A stretch of DNA of 63,959 nt, the filler included, from Licmophora abbreviata (lineage: Eukaryota), in assembly GCA_900291995.1 (NCBI GenBank). It is 15 parts of 15 records of this genome, joined end to end, with 100 filler letters (N's around TTAATTAATTAA, not from the genome) between each part and the next. Parts side by side here need not be neighbours in the genome. Positions count along the whole stretch, not along the records: positions 1 to 1,867 come from OLMU01001329.1; positions 1,968 to 7,482 come from OLMU01001330.1; positions 7,583 to 10,031 come from OLMU01001331.1; positions 10,132 to 13,394 come from OLMU01001332.1; 11 more parts are not named here. One strand, given 5' to 3'. Below the pieces are notes generated by a model. That model made no database searches. It saw only the letters and a program-made list of their open reading frames with translations, and was not told where the DNA came from. Below, piece by piece: positions 1-12,493 of the stretch (its first letter is position 1; every line of letters starts with the position of its first letter). The translations under genes were made by a program, and so were the position numbers.

Positions 1-1864
1 AGGGGTTGTCAATTATCCCACTGACGCTGACACTGAAACTTTCGCTTCAGATTGCTGACGTGTCACTTAACAATCACTTAACAACTCGAGTACCGGGCGT
101 CGAGCGGACAGCTTCAGTGTCAGTGTCAGCGTCAGTGAAGCGAAACGCCGCTGAAGTTGCCGCTGAAACGCTGAAACTGTGTTTTTTCGCCTTTTCAATT
201 TTTTCCCGCATCATCAATTGGCATCAACAACCAACAATAACAAGACATCCAAACAACAAACACCCACAGCATATTAGCCCAAACCAATCCACAATGCCCC
301 GTATTTCGAAACGTGCACGTGCTATTAGGCAATTGAAATCCATTGTTGCTCTTCGTTTACATAATAGAATCGTTCGATCGTTCGTCGACGAAGACGACGA
401 ATACGAAAATGGGCTCGATCTTGCATTTGCTGTATCCCTCAAGAATGCCAATGAGAGTAGATACTTGTTTCGACCCACCAAGTATCGAAAAGGACGATCT
501 ACAGAGACTTTCAGGCTGGATTTAAATGAGGATCCAGTTACTGATTCGTCCGATGCTTCAGCAAGCAAGGAACAACCTTGGTTGAACGACGACGAGTTTC
601 TCTCGAAATACAGAGTCTCCAGGAAAGCATTCAGACACCTCCTGTCGTTGATACAAGATCTTCCTGTGTTTGTTTATAAAGGCACGAAAAAACAGGCTCC
701 TGTGTCTCACCAATTACTTACTTGGTTAAAGTATGTTGGAACGGAAGGTAACGGGGCTTCCAACAGCAATCAACGGAATACTTTTCGTTTTGGCCACGGC
801 ACTGCTTGGAATTATCGGAACAGAGTCACAGAGGCATTCAAGTCAATTGCAAGCGAATACATTCATTGGCCGGACGAAGAGGAGCGGTTGAGCATCGCTC
901 AAGCCGTATTGAAAACGTACGACTTTCCCCACTGTGTCATGATTGCCGACGGCACTTTATTTCCGCTTGCTTTCGAGCCAGAGACACAGGATGCTCCCGA
1001 CTATTCAGGGAGAAAGTATGGGTATTCCTTATCTACAATGATATTCTCGGATCACAAGAGAAGAATTCGACATTATTTGGCTGGATTTCCTGGGTCGGCA
1101 CACGACAATAGAATTTTCAAAGCGACAAAAGTATTCAAAAAAGCGGATGAGTATTACTCGCCAAGGGAGTACTGTTTGGGAGATTCCGCGTTCGAGAACA
1201 GTCCACACATGGTGTCTTCATTTAAAAAACCCCGTGGTGAGACCATACCGCCCGGTCACGAGAAATTCAACAACAAACTAGCACGGATTCGAATCATTTC
1301 GGAGCACTGCATTGGGATTTTGAAGGGTCGATTTCCGTGGCTTCGACATATTAGGATTAAGGTGACAGATGACAAGGAGTCTTTGGAAGCAATCATGGAT
1401 TTAATCAAGGCAACAATTGTTGTGCACAATATTCTCATAGAAATTGGGGAAGAGGAAAAAAAGAATGGATGGATTCGGACGATTTCTCGGATTTCGACGA
1501 CGCGGAGCGTGCACCGTACGAAGATGGGGACGCGCTTAATGAAGGAATTCCTCCTGATTGTCCAAAAGATGAAAGGAGGACTAGATTGACACACTATTTT
1601 GAAGAACATCACTATTTCTAAGAGTAGTACTAATGCTTAAATTTTTTGCAATGTGATGAATGTAATTGAGACCATTCGTCGCTGCGAGGGGCGAACTTGA
1701 AGAGCGAAAAGTTTCAGTTTCAGTGTCAGCGTCAGCGTCAGCGGGGGTAGTCAATTATGAAAAAATCTGATGCATATGATTGGCTAATGATGAGTCATCA
1801 TGCGACAAAAATTTTAAAGCGAAAGTTTCAGTGTCAGCGTCAGTGGCGATAATTGACAACCCCT
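1..1864 (+). mobile_element. PIF/Harbinger-superfamily DNA transposon with both TIRs
   Basis: Bases 1-46 (AGGGGTTGTCAATTATCCCACTGACGCTGACACTGAAACTTTCGCT) are the reverse complement of 1818-1864 apart from one extra C. The TIRs enclose a DDE_Tnp_4-type transposase ORF. The TSD cannot be seen because of the window edge. Confidence 0.9.
294..1621 (+). CDS. Harbinger/HARBI1-type DDE transposase, with a 1-nt frameshift near the C-terminus
   Basis: Motifs ADGTL, YSGRK, GFPGSAHDNRIF, LGDSAF and FNNKLARIRIISEHCIGILKGRF. First ATG at 294. The listed ORF stops at 1589, but adding one A to the A7 run at 1456-1462 gives the typical acidic tail EWMDSDDFSDFDD...RRTRLTHYF, ending at 1621. Confidence 0.85.
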
Positions 1865-1867
1865 ACT

Positions 1868-1967
1868 NNNNNNNNNNNNNNNNNNNNNNNNNNNNNNNNN
1901 NNNNNNNNNNNTTAATTAATTAANNNNNNNNNNNNNNNNNNNNNNNNNNNNNNNNNNNNNNNNNNNN
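1868..1967. other. Artificial scaffold linker (N-TTAATTAATTAA-N), recurring at every contig join in the window
   Basis: An identical six-frame-stop spacer sits within each N run. Confidence 0.97.
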
Positions 1968-2382
1968 CTTGACTTGACTAATTCGACTAGACTCGACTCA
2001 CTTGACCCAGTCAGTATTGTGGTGGGGCCGCCGCGCGCGTGGCGATGGGGCGTATGTACCAAGAAAGCGGAGGGTCCGAAAATTTCAAAATTTGAGCATC
2101 ACATCACGTACACTGAAATTTAGACACATCACGTGGCGCGAATAGATATCGTCGCAGTATCTTTCTTCATGCATCTTCCACTTCACGCACGGCAGTTGTA
2201 TAGACTGCAGCTTACCGTTTACTCTGGTTTCAATTATTCCAAAACGCATTACGAAGAGGTTTTAACGCTGGACTTACAAACTCACGAACGCTGAAAGCTT
2301 CCTTTTGAAAAAGAAACTTGAGTGCTCAGTTTGGCTTGTTGCCAAGCCGCCGGTTCATCACGCTCCAGCACACTCCCTCACC

Positions 2383-5300
2383 ATGAATGAATTCCAGAGC
2401 AAGATGAAGAGTTTCCTCCTGGGAGATTACTACATTGCGCTCTGCTCTCGCCTGGCCATTCTGTTCGTCCTTGTTGTCTTCTTATGTGACGCGCATTGGA
2501 CACAGTTCGACCCTACTTTCTTGATCGTGTTTGTTGTGATCATTCTAGTGTCTCGAGTCACCACCGACGCAAGCTCCACAGCAGAGAAGGTCTTTTACGT
2601 GTTGTTCTTGATCGGCGTCTGTCTTTCAGCCTTGTTGGTAAATCGACTGGCCGATCATGACTGTACGATTTGCTTGTTTAGTCTCCCCGATCTGGTCAAG
2701 CAATATGTCCTCCCAGAACCTGGTCAAGACCGTCTCGAAGCTTGGCAGCTCTTTACCGAAGAGGCGAACACCCCCCGAAAGTGTGCCAGCTGTGTAATTC
2801 GTGTGTCAGAACGATTCAACTGGGTTGTGCCTGTCGACTTTGCCGAAATTTCGAGTTCGAAACATCTACATGGAGACTGGGGAACTGACCCAGAAATGTG
2901 TTCCGCCGAAGAGTGTCCGGCCGTTGAGGATCCGGGGGCCCTCAGTCCTGCAGAACTCCGCGAGATGGACGAATGGTACTCGAAAGTTCGCAAGACCACC
3001 GCCCCCAAAGGCGCGTTCAAAAAGTTTATCCGTGCTCTCGCCGCTGATGTCCACAGTGATATTGGGAATGAGCTGCTGTCGAACATGACACATGACTTTC
3101 TTTGTTTTCCCACCTCTCGAATGAACGGCCCCAAGCCATCAGAATTCCTTCATAACCTCAAGGAGCCTCGTTTTACTGGAGAAGAGAAAGTGAAAGGAGA
3201 CGGGCCAATGAAGATTGACTTTGACAAGCTGGTGGCAATCATGCGAGGTGACAAGATGCGGCAGCTTCCCCCCGACGTCTGCGGGATGATTCGGTTGACC
3301 AGCATGCTTGCGACTGACGAGACCGTCCTCACAGTTGGAATGAGTGCTGCCAGTGTTGCACCAATTGGAAATGAGGTCGACCTCAATGGAGACGACGTGG
3401 GATTGTTATTTCCAGGTCTATATATCCCAAGAGGCGACGAAGACAAGGATCCCGATGGCTCATCGTCCACTGTCACGTCAACGCTCATTTCTCTCTACAA
3501 GCGTCTCCCCGTCGTGGACGATTCCAATTGGTTTGAGACTAGCGAAGAGTACCTTGCCTTCTTTCGCTGGTTAATCGAGCACAAGCTACAGGACGAGCAC
3601 TACTTTCCCAAGTGGTTGTCGAGGATTAACGAAACTGACGGTTCCTCACCACTGTTGGAGAAAGTCGGGGAGGTGGTGTCCGATCAATTTCGCTTTCGGG
3701 GAGATCGACAACGCATCTTTGATTCTACCTCGGATGTCACCTTGGCGGACCGCGCCTTCTATGGCGCTGGTGTCAAGAGTTTGACCCGCATCGTGCTGCC
3801 AGGTGACGCCTCGTACGGCTACTTGGTTGCTCCGGAATACTACAGGACTCCTGCGGAACGAGAGTTCTTCCGCAACAAGGCCATGCCAAGCGAGCACGAC
3901 ATGCTACGTATGGCCACAGTTGCGTGGGGCCACCCGGTTGACGATCTTGAGTTGCTACGCGACAAGATGGTGCAAATCGATTACACGCTTGTGTCGCATT
4001 GGGAATACCGCGACCCCTTCGAGTCAAATGGGGCCATTCTATACTTGGACGCTGAGAAACGTACCGCCATGGGCATTTGGGTATCGTGTCGAGAACAAAT
4101 GGTCCTCCCCACTGGCGCTTTTTGGGAACACGCAAAATTTATTTATCGGTCTACAGAAGTTGTGGTGGCTGCCATGATGTAAGTATTGTGTGCACATGGC
4201 ACCGCTATCTTGATCGCACTCTCATCTTCGCACCATCATTTTTTGCAGACATGTTGGGGAATATCACGTGGGATGGGCTAATCGCTTCAACGTTGCCATT
4301 CGCCAGACTCTCCCTCCGTCGCATGGTCTCCGTGTGCTCATGAAACCCTACACGCACGGAACGGGATCCGTGAATTGGAATGCTTATCAAATGCTTCTCA
4401 AGGATGATAGTATCCTCGCTAGGGCATGCGGCTTGACAAATCTAGCACGCGGGTATTCTTGGGGGCACATCTCCAAACACTCTGATATGGTGTCTACCTT
4501 GCCGCAGGCACTGAAAGCGAAGAATTTGGACGGAATTTCCAATCTTACTACAACACTTCCTTACTTTACGCAAGGGACAAAGTTATGGAATATTCACAAC
4601 GAGTATGTCGAGAAGTTTGTTGAGTTGATCTACCCAGACGATGCTCCGCTCTTGGAGGACGAAGAACTATATCGATTCTGGCACCACGTGAACTCTCTCG
4701 GTCGCAATATTGATCCATGCGTCTGCGCTATGGACACGTCTGCGTTTTTCAAGAAGGGTGTATGGCCCGCGTTTGAGGTAACTCGAACCTGCGGAGGGCT
4801 TTTGGATCATGCGAATTTCCACGTCGAAGACACCGATCCGAAGCACCGCCGAGAACTCTGGTGCAACCAGTCACTGTTAAATGAGCGCAGCAAAGCCTTG
4901 TACCAGTGGCTTGAATCGGAATGTGAAAGTCCTGAGAGCTGCCCCTCCTTCCGGGTTGAGCACACGAGAGCATCAATGGGATTGCCGGAGCTGACAAGGG
5001 AGACTTTGGTGAACTTGATAACGCGGTTTGTGTATGAAGTGTCTGCGGGTCATGAGATGATGGCGGACAACGTAAGTATGATAGTGCTTTGTGTGAGCTC
5101 CAATGCATGGCTACTCTTCGTCTCATAATCAATTCATTCTCTGACGCAGCTTCCGTTCATTGTCGATCCGGCCTACGGAGGGGTACGAAGGCTAAAAGAC
5201 TACGATGATGCGGCGCCACCCATGACCGACATTAGCACCTATGTCTTTGGAACTGTCATTTCGGCCCTAACAACGATCCGTTCCATGCCACTCTTGGCTG

Positions 5301-5530
5301 ATTGGTCTGGTTTATTGATTAGTTGGGTGGACAACAAGGCTGATTGGCGTAGATTGAGCGATGCGGATAGAGAGAAGCGCAAAGACGCTCTTCGGACTCT
5401 GCATCGCGAATACAAGTCGAAGCTTATCTTCAATTCGAATCAATTCCTGAAAGAAACTCTTCAACGACCTCAAAACCAATGGTCACCTTTCCTGAACCCG
5501 AGTGTCCAGGCAGCGTCGGTTGCAGTTTGA
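2383..5530 (+). CDS. Divergent lipoxygenase with N-terminal membrane segments; join(2383..4178,4249..5071,5150..5530), 999 aa
   Basis: Two GT-AG introns restore the frame. Motifs WEHAK, HVGEYH (H-x4-H), RQTLPPSHGLRVLMKPY, SAGHEMMADN and C-terminal SVAV match the LOX iron-site layout. Confidence 0.8.
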
Positions 5531-5925
5531 GAGGGGCAGAGTTATTTCTCATTGTTATCTGTCGCATGCTTTGTTCTTTGTGAAGGGCAGGTGCGTGTTG
5601 GAAAACGTCGTGCAGATGTTGGTAAAGTTAAGAACGGGGGCTACATATGATGATTTCATGTGCTTTGAAGAAGATGCGCAGATAGACGCGGCCGTAAAGC
5701 TAGCTTCTATGCCCATCTTATCATTTTTCTAACAAGCCTCTAGACGAGGAAGGTGCAGGCGCTAGTCTCATAGAGCTAGTCTTTCATGGCGAGACCCCGC
5801 CATCGGTTCTGCAGCTTTCAACTTGTTCCGTCTGACCGCCGACTGAGCGCGGGCTTCGTTCCCTCAACGCGCAGCGGCATCTGCGCTCCTCACTCATCGT
5901 CCCATGCCCCACACAAGGTTGAACC

Positions 5926-8623
5926 ATGGAGTCGCCATTGTCCAGCAAGCCGTCGGCGCCTCACTCGGTACGGGCCACGGCGTGGGACGCCTCGAGTCCT
6001 TATTGTCTTTTCCTTCTTCCTGCGCAAAAGTCAAACAACAAAGAGGAATTCTTGACTCCTTTTTACTCGCACGATGGTGTCGGCTGCAATTCATTCGAGC
6101 GATTGGCTTTGATGCAGCTTCTGGAAGGAAGTGACGCTGAAAATGCTGAAGGTCAGCTCATGAACGGAGGCTTAACACAGAAAAGTAGTATATTTGTCCA
6201 GATTCAGTCGCAGACCTACCGCCGCGCCCTTCGGAATTGTCTAATGGCCTGGCAAGAACAGGCCCAGCTGGAGGAAGGGGCGAGCAATGTGGCGGCAAAG
6301 GACGAGGGCAGCCTGGAACTACTCAAGGTCGTCTATGCCGTGACGCATTTGACAGAAATCTTTCTCTTTTCTGAAAATTCCAACGAGCAGGGTGCTGCCA
6401 CGGCTGACACAGTCCGCTACTTGCGTCATCACCACATGGACAACATCGAGATTCCAGAAGACACTTCCGGCACCTCCTCTGCATACTGGAGCGCAGTGCA
6501 GTCATTGGTTCTCCGCGGGTGTCTGGAGGATGCCTGGGCGCTTCTGAGTCGGCATGTGTTGTGTCGTCGCTGCTTTGAGACGACCCAGGAAAGCCAGATA
6601 CTCGATGACTATGATCGACAAACTCTGCAGCAAGATAGGGATGGTTTCTTGGCGCTACGAGCTCTGATGTTGTCGGCGCCCCTCCCCGGCGGTCGTCACG
6701 ACGGCAACGACGAAGGGCTCACACTACTGCCACGTGACGAGGAAGACGAAAATGACGAAAATCAGGAGCCCGTTTTCCTAGAAGGTATTCCTGCCGATGC
6801 CCACAACCTGTGGGAAGCCTCGTCTGGCACTGCAGCTTCGTCTGGCGCCTCTCGGATGTCGGATCGTCCCCTTGAGTACAATGCCTACGCAGCCGCTTCC
6901 ACGTTTCAGGCATGGCGTCGTTTGGTCAACGATCATATCTTGTCAACACTGGTACCCTTGATTCGCCGTCTCCCACAGCTTCAGTCGTCAGTCTTGAACA
7001 TTCTGAGTGGTCAATTCGAGGACAATGTCGTGTTTGAACATTGGAGCGACGTGTTCTGCGCCGAGCTGCTATATCAACGTCCCCAGCTGTACCCTCGTGA
7101 TCTTTCGATGCGGGCCAAACGTATAATGGAAAAGTATGGAGCAATAGGTGCCTTTGAAAAAGTCTTGCTGAGTGTCATGCAGGGAAATGCTGGTCGAGTT
7201 GTCAGTGTTTTGCACGATCTGGGGGGCGGCAGCGGTGCGGCGCTACCAGCTACTATGGTACGTGGTCACTCTAGCAATGGACATGAAACTGTCTTGGCAT
7301 GCCTTGGACTTGTTTCTCAAACCGTTCCTCTGCTCTTCGTCCGCTCCAGACGGCCCTTCTTTGTAACCTTCTAACAGAAACCGAGGATCTCCCCAAGGTA
7401 GACCCTCCTGCGTTTAGCATCCGCGTCGAGCTCTTTCTCTCTGCCTCGGAAGCCATTCTCTCTTCGCTTTCAAAAGAGTCTGNNNNNNNNNNNNNNNNNN
7501 NNNNNNNNNNNNNNNNNNNNNNNNNNTTAATTAATTAANNNNNNNNNNNNNNNNNNNNNNNNNNNNNNNNNNNNNNNNNNNNGAGTCTGATCTGGCTGTG
7601 CGCCTTTCGACCAAACTGCTTTTGCCGCATGCTACACCAGAGAGCGATGTCCGCATCACCGCCACGCTCTCCGAAACACTGGCTCGACATGCCCCCAAGA
7701 CTGACTCCGAAGCACATATGCTTCTGTCTATCTGTCGCCCATTATTGAAACGCAAGAGTCGACGTGTTCTAGAGGCGTGCGTCAATCTCGCCTTGGTTCG
7801 CCATTCGGACGCGCTGCCATTGGGACATTCTGTACAGTGGCTCTTAACAGGGATTGAGTTGGAGACACTGCTCCTTTGCGACAATCGCGAAGATTGCGCA
7901 TGGGAAACGGTTTTGGCATCGGGAAGATGTGGGGCAGTCTTGCGCAGAGAATGTATTACAACTGCGAAATCTTTGCTATTGGGCTTGCTCGAAGACAGCT
8001 CCGAGAGCCTGGTCGGGCAGCAATACGTTAAGGCAGCAAGCATGGTTTCTTCTATTCAAAACCATGATGAGATGTCTGACTTCTGTCAAAAGATTCCTGC
8101 TGTGCAGCTTTTGATTCATGTCCTAAATATGGCGAAAGCCATGGCAGAAAGCGAAGGGGATAGTGTGATTGCGGAGAACATTGCAGCATGTCTGGAAGAC
8201 AAGAAGAGTTCTGCTACTGGGGTAGTATCCTTCCTGGCTCACCCCTCCTTGCAATGGGAGCTTCTCTTACTCGCATGCTCAATTATCGAGAGAGACGAGG
8301 AAAAATCGGAACTCGGGGAAGACACCGCACGCCCTGTGGCGTCCTTCAACGTGCGTGGGATGCAGTGTTTGATGGAACGATTCGCGCAAATCAAGCTCCT
8401 TCGCGATACGGAGCAGACCACGAACGAGGTCGATCCCATGCGCCTTGCCATGGGAAAAGGTCTCATGAGAGCTTTCGTGGCAGAGAATGCAAAGAAAAAA
8501 GGCCTTAGTTTCCAGTATGCTGTGCAACCTCGTGTGGGATCGGTGCGTTCATCCAAGCTGGCGTCGCACAGCAGACTGGAGCAAGAAGCCATCGTGAGGG
8601 CCATGCTTGACCCATCCATGTAA
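5926..8623 (+). CDS. NUP85: Nucleoporin Nup85-like (intron from 7258; spans an assembly gap)
   Basis: YWSAVQSLVLRGCLEDAWALL and W...CAELLY..P motifs in a helical solenoid. The ORF continues at 7583-8623. Start codon uncertain. Confidence 0.7.
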
Positions 8624-8780
8624 ACAGCGGCTGCGGCTGATAACTACCAGAAGACACGAGTGGGATTGCTTCTGTTTTACTAACTTAGTGCAGAAGACGG
8701 CGCTACTAGGACCGGTACTACTAGCTCTGAGGCATGAGGACAGAAGGTCCTACTAGGCCGTGACCCTGACTGTACCCACC

Positions 8781-9074
8781 TCAGTCACCTTTCTTGACGC
8801 TCACAATAAGCGGCCCAACATTGTCGCCCGTTTTCTCATTGTGCTTCACATGGGTGCCATCACACAAAGGGAACGTTCCCGACTGCCAGCACCTACAGTA
8901 CACCTTCTTTCCCTTTTCAATGGTGTCCATAGTAGCCACCTTGGGGCTGTCGAGGTCAACCATCTCGTTGATGCGGTTCTCGAGGAAGAGCTTCGTCTGG
9001 GCACGGGGCTGAGCGACAAAGGTAAACGAAGAAGCCGACGCAAGGCAAAGGGCAGCTGAGAGGAAGAACTTCAT
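8781..9074 (-). CDS. CDGSH 2Fe-2S (NEET) protein, probably plastid-targeted
   Basis: YCRCWQSGTFPLCDGTH motif and DNVGPL. N-terminal signal peptide ends ASS-F, like the diatom ASAFAP motif. Confidence 0.9.
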   Translation of the reverse strand: MKFFLSAALCLASASSFTFVAQPRAQTKLFLENRINEMVDLDSPKVATMDTIEKGKKVYCRCWQSGTFPLCDGTHVKHNEKTGDNVGPLIVSVKKGD

Positions 9075-9346
9075 GGTGAGGAACTGGTGGAACAATGATG
9101 ACAAAGACAGAAAGATACGCCGATGATTTGTGCCATCATCATCAATCATCGCCCGACACACGTTCGGCGAAGTTCCCCGCCGTGAACCTCTGATGCTGTC
9201 TGACGTCAGTGATCTCTCTGCTTGTACATCCGGGTCGTTTTGGAACTCATTCGAATGATCGGATGGGGAAACTAGAGCTAGCTAGTCAACTACGCCGTCG
9301 TCCGCTAAGAACAAATCAATAAGACTGGTCTCCTAGAGTAATAATC

Positions 9347-10614
9347 TTACATGTTGAAGCCATCCTCACACACATCGCCCTGCTTGGATGCAGCTCCATA
9401 GAATTGCTTGCCCTGAGCCTTGAAGGGCTTCTTGGCCTTGGCAGCGGCTCGCTTCTTCTTCATGAGTTCAGCCTTCTTGCCAACACGTGCCGCGGCAGCA
9501 GCGGCCGCAGCGCGCTTCACCTCGGCAGCATACGGATCTAGCTTCTCCAAAGCAGCAGCATTACGCAGCGGGTTGGCCTTGGGAGCATAAGTCTTGAGGT
9601 CCGTCTTGGCGGGGTTAACAACAGACTGGATTTCGTCACTGTTGATGATACGAGCCAAATCTGCGTTGGTCATGGCAGCAGCAGGAATACGCTTTCCATC
9701 CTCTCCATAAATTTCATCGAGCTTCTCAAGAGCAGCCTGAGACCAGACGCAGAAGCGTCCCATATGTCCACCGGGGGCAAGCTGGAGAAGATTGAGGCGG
9801 TCAACGCAGCAAAGCTCGACGCCGGGCAAGTTGCGGAACGCCTGTTCGACGCCGTCGTTGCTGGCATAGATAACGAGAGGCCCACGGCGAAGCGTGTAGC
9901 GGCGATTACGCATCTTACCCTTACCGGCGCGTACCTGCTTCGAGGAAGCAGCCTTCTCAACATCCTCATAGGCGCCGACCTTTCCTAGGGCATCAATGGC
10001 AGCCGACGTTTTCTTAGTGGCCTCAACGGCANNNNNNNNNNNNNNNNNNNNNNNNNNNNNNNNNNNNNNNNNNNNTTAATTAATTAANNNNNNNNNNNNN
10101 NNNNNNNNNNNNNNNNNNNNNNNNNNNNNNNGGCAGAGGCAGCGAGAGCGGACGCAACTGCGTAACGCTTCTGCGTCGAGTTGATCTTGCGGTGCCACTT
10201 GCGCCACGTCTTGGTGGGGGCAAACATTCTTTAGGGCAATTCATAAAGCAATGAGAGGATAAGTTCGCGTGTAAATTGTTGGTCACAGAGAAAGTGGACA
10301 CGGTTTGCACCACCAGTCTTACCTTCCACCACGGCACATGTTACCGAACGCACCCTGTCCGGAGCGCGAGGTACCACCTCCTCCGACACGAGGGATACGA
10401 GCGACGGCACGTCCGGTACCCCAAGACGAAGCGACAACCTGCTTTCCCGCTTTGATGGAGACTGCGTAAGCCTGACGCTTGTTCTTGTTCATGTTAGTAT
10501 GAACAAACTGAACAATATCGGGACGAAGCGGAGCCGTCATCACGGCAGGGAGGTTGTCTCACCGGCTTTGTCGCCGGTGAGCGAAAAGACGCTAACCAAG
10601 GGTCGGGCAGCCAT
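9347..10614 (-). CDS. RPL4: 60S ribosomal protein L4 (uL4); intron 10229..10322; spans a gap
   Basis: MAARPLVSV start, [29 protein letters not shown] and [15 protein letters not shown]. Confidence 0.97.
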
Positions 10615-11279
10615 GTTTTATCTACTCTGTGGAATGAAGGGCACGAAGAGATCGTCAGCAAGAGCTACGGAACTCAGCAGCGAGCAACGGGGACCCATCA
10701 TCGGGCACCGTCGCGGACTTGTCATAGCACCTGGGTCATCGTTTACCGGTTACTAGTGGTCAGTACTGAAATCTACGATGATCCCTGTAGGACGGATTTG
10801 ACAACGTCGCCCCCACGGCGGCGGCTTATCAACATGGGCCAGATCCCGTATTTCGCAGCGGATTCAGATAACCAGTCTTCACCAGACACCTCTCCTTCCC
10901 AACCAGAGCCTCCTAGCCCGTCCCATTGCCAAAGTTCTGATCTCAAACCGCTGTTTAACATCCTCTACTCACCGAGATTTCGTTTCAACACGAGAAAAGT
11001 GATGAGACTCGAAATTATTTTGCGGCTATGGAGGAGCAACGCTACGACGGTCAGACAATTTGAAATTAGGAGCTAACTCTCTGTCGACAGACAGGCGAAA
11101 TGGAGGGACGAGTTTCGAAGTTACTATAAGACTTTCTTCCAGCCGATTGATTCAATGCTGCACTCTCGACTTGGAACTCCTCTACCAGTTTCAACCAAAA
11201 GTTCCTGGACCTTTACGGAAAGTCTATGATGTGTAATAAGTACATCTGAGCAAAGTAGCAGTTTCCGCGAAGAAGCCTA

Positions 11280-12326
11280 TCATGTAGGAGCTCGTCCTTT
11301 ACTCATTGCCGTCGTGGTATTGACCGTTCGCCGCCTCGTCTTCGACTTGCTACGACTCCTTCTGTTTCTCAGAGTAGGAGATAATTCCCTCCTACTAGAA
11401 TATACATTCTTATCCAGTATTCGTGGCTCCCAGTTAAGTCCTTCCTTGACTTCCTCGTCAGACAACATGTACCACTCTCCTGGTTCCGAAATGCCATTCA
11501 GATTCAGAGACTCCCCGATTCGTATTCGTTTAAGATTCATTACCCCCGATTTCAGAGCATGAAACATGCGACGGACTTGCCGATTCCTCCCCTCACTAAT
11601 GGTCAGCTCTACCATTGTTGACTTTGCCGTGGGATGGGACAGAATGGCCGCATGGTGTACGGGCTGTGTCACTCCACCATGTTTAGCACCAATGTCAACG
11701 CCATCCACACGCAGAGGCTCCAGCTGATCATCTTCCCAGTGCCCCATGACGAGGGCTTGATAGGTTTTCGTGATCTTAGTATTGCTGAAGTTGCTGTCGT
11801 GGGTCGACGCTGTCGGATTCGTCACATGATGCACCAAACCTCCATCGTTGGTCAACAAGAGCAAGCCTGTCGTGTCGACATCGAGGCGTCCGATGGCATG
11901 ATATTTTGAACGAATCCCCGTGACTTGGGAAAATGTGGTGTTGATTGTACTATCATAATCTGGACCAACATAGCCTGTCATACTTTCGATATCTTGATAG
12001 ACTGTGCGACGAGCCGAGGGTGACTTAGACGGACGAGCGTCAGAAATAGAATGGGATGTAATCACGTTCGCAGGTTTGTGATACGCAATCACGACTGTTC
12101 GTTCTCGATCAGACGAGGTGACTGGTCGCGCTGAGACCTGTGTACCCCATAACCGCCAGTGCCGCTCCCGTCGGTGATCGAGCCTCAGCCTACTGCTGGA
12201 TGAAATCACGACCCAGCCACAGCTCCTGCGACGATTTGAGATGCCGGCATCAAGGCTCGCCAAGGAGCGCTCGTGTGTGAGTGCCAAAACCCCAACCACT
12301 AAGCACAGCTCTCTCGTGAGAATCAT
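11280..12326 (-). CDS. RsuA/RluE-family RNA pseudouridine synthase, probably organellar
   Basis: YHKP, IGRLDVDTTGLLLLTNDG and EGRNRQVRRM motifs. Hydrophobic leader from the Met at 12326 (alternative start 12377). Confidence 0.88.
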   Translation of the reverse strand: MILTRELCLVVGVLALTHERSLASLDAGISNRRRSCGWVVISSSSRLRLDHRRERHWRLWGTQVSARPVTSSDRERTVVIAYHKPANVITSHSISDARPSKSPSARRTVYQDIESMTGYVGPDYDSTINTTFSQVTGIRSKYHAIGRLDVDTTGLLLLTNDGGLVHHVTNPTASTHDSNFSNTKITKTYQALVMGHWEDDQLEPLRVDGVDIGAKHGGVTQPVHHAAILSHPTAKSTMVELTISEGRNRQVRRMFHALKSGVMNLKRIRIGESLNLNGISEPGEWYMLSDEEVKEGLNWEPRILDKNVYSSRRELSPTLRNRRSRSKSKTRRRTVNTTTAMSKGRAPT

Positions 12327-12493
12327 TTGACTGGAGACATGGTCAAGTGTGGGACCGGAAACGACATTTCCTAACATTTTCGTGTCGCTCCCGCACCCTT
12401 CATGCGATGGCGCGCCTTCGCAACGTAGAACCTGTACTGGGCTCTACAGCCGCCAAAATCCCATTTCACATTTCAAACTGATGAAGTTCTGCA

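Noticed and set aside
6..293. N-terminal extension of the 527-aa transposase ORF
   Set aside because: It starts at a TTG inside the TIR and translates subterminal repeats. The ATG at 294 is more plausible.
1456..1462. Programmed frameshifting in the transposase (also about 36990 in gene B and 46081-46088 in gene D)
   Set aside because: All three are single-base indels in homonucleotide runs, so sequencing error or simple mutation is more likely. Reads are needed to decide.
10229..10322. Possible intronic snoRNA in RPL4
   Set aside because: The 94-nt intron shows no C/D boxes and is too short for a typical H/ACA RNA.
10756..11076. 106-aa ORF between RPL4 and the pseudouridine synthase
   Set aside because: GTG start, low complexity and no recognisable motif.
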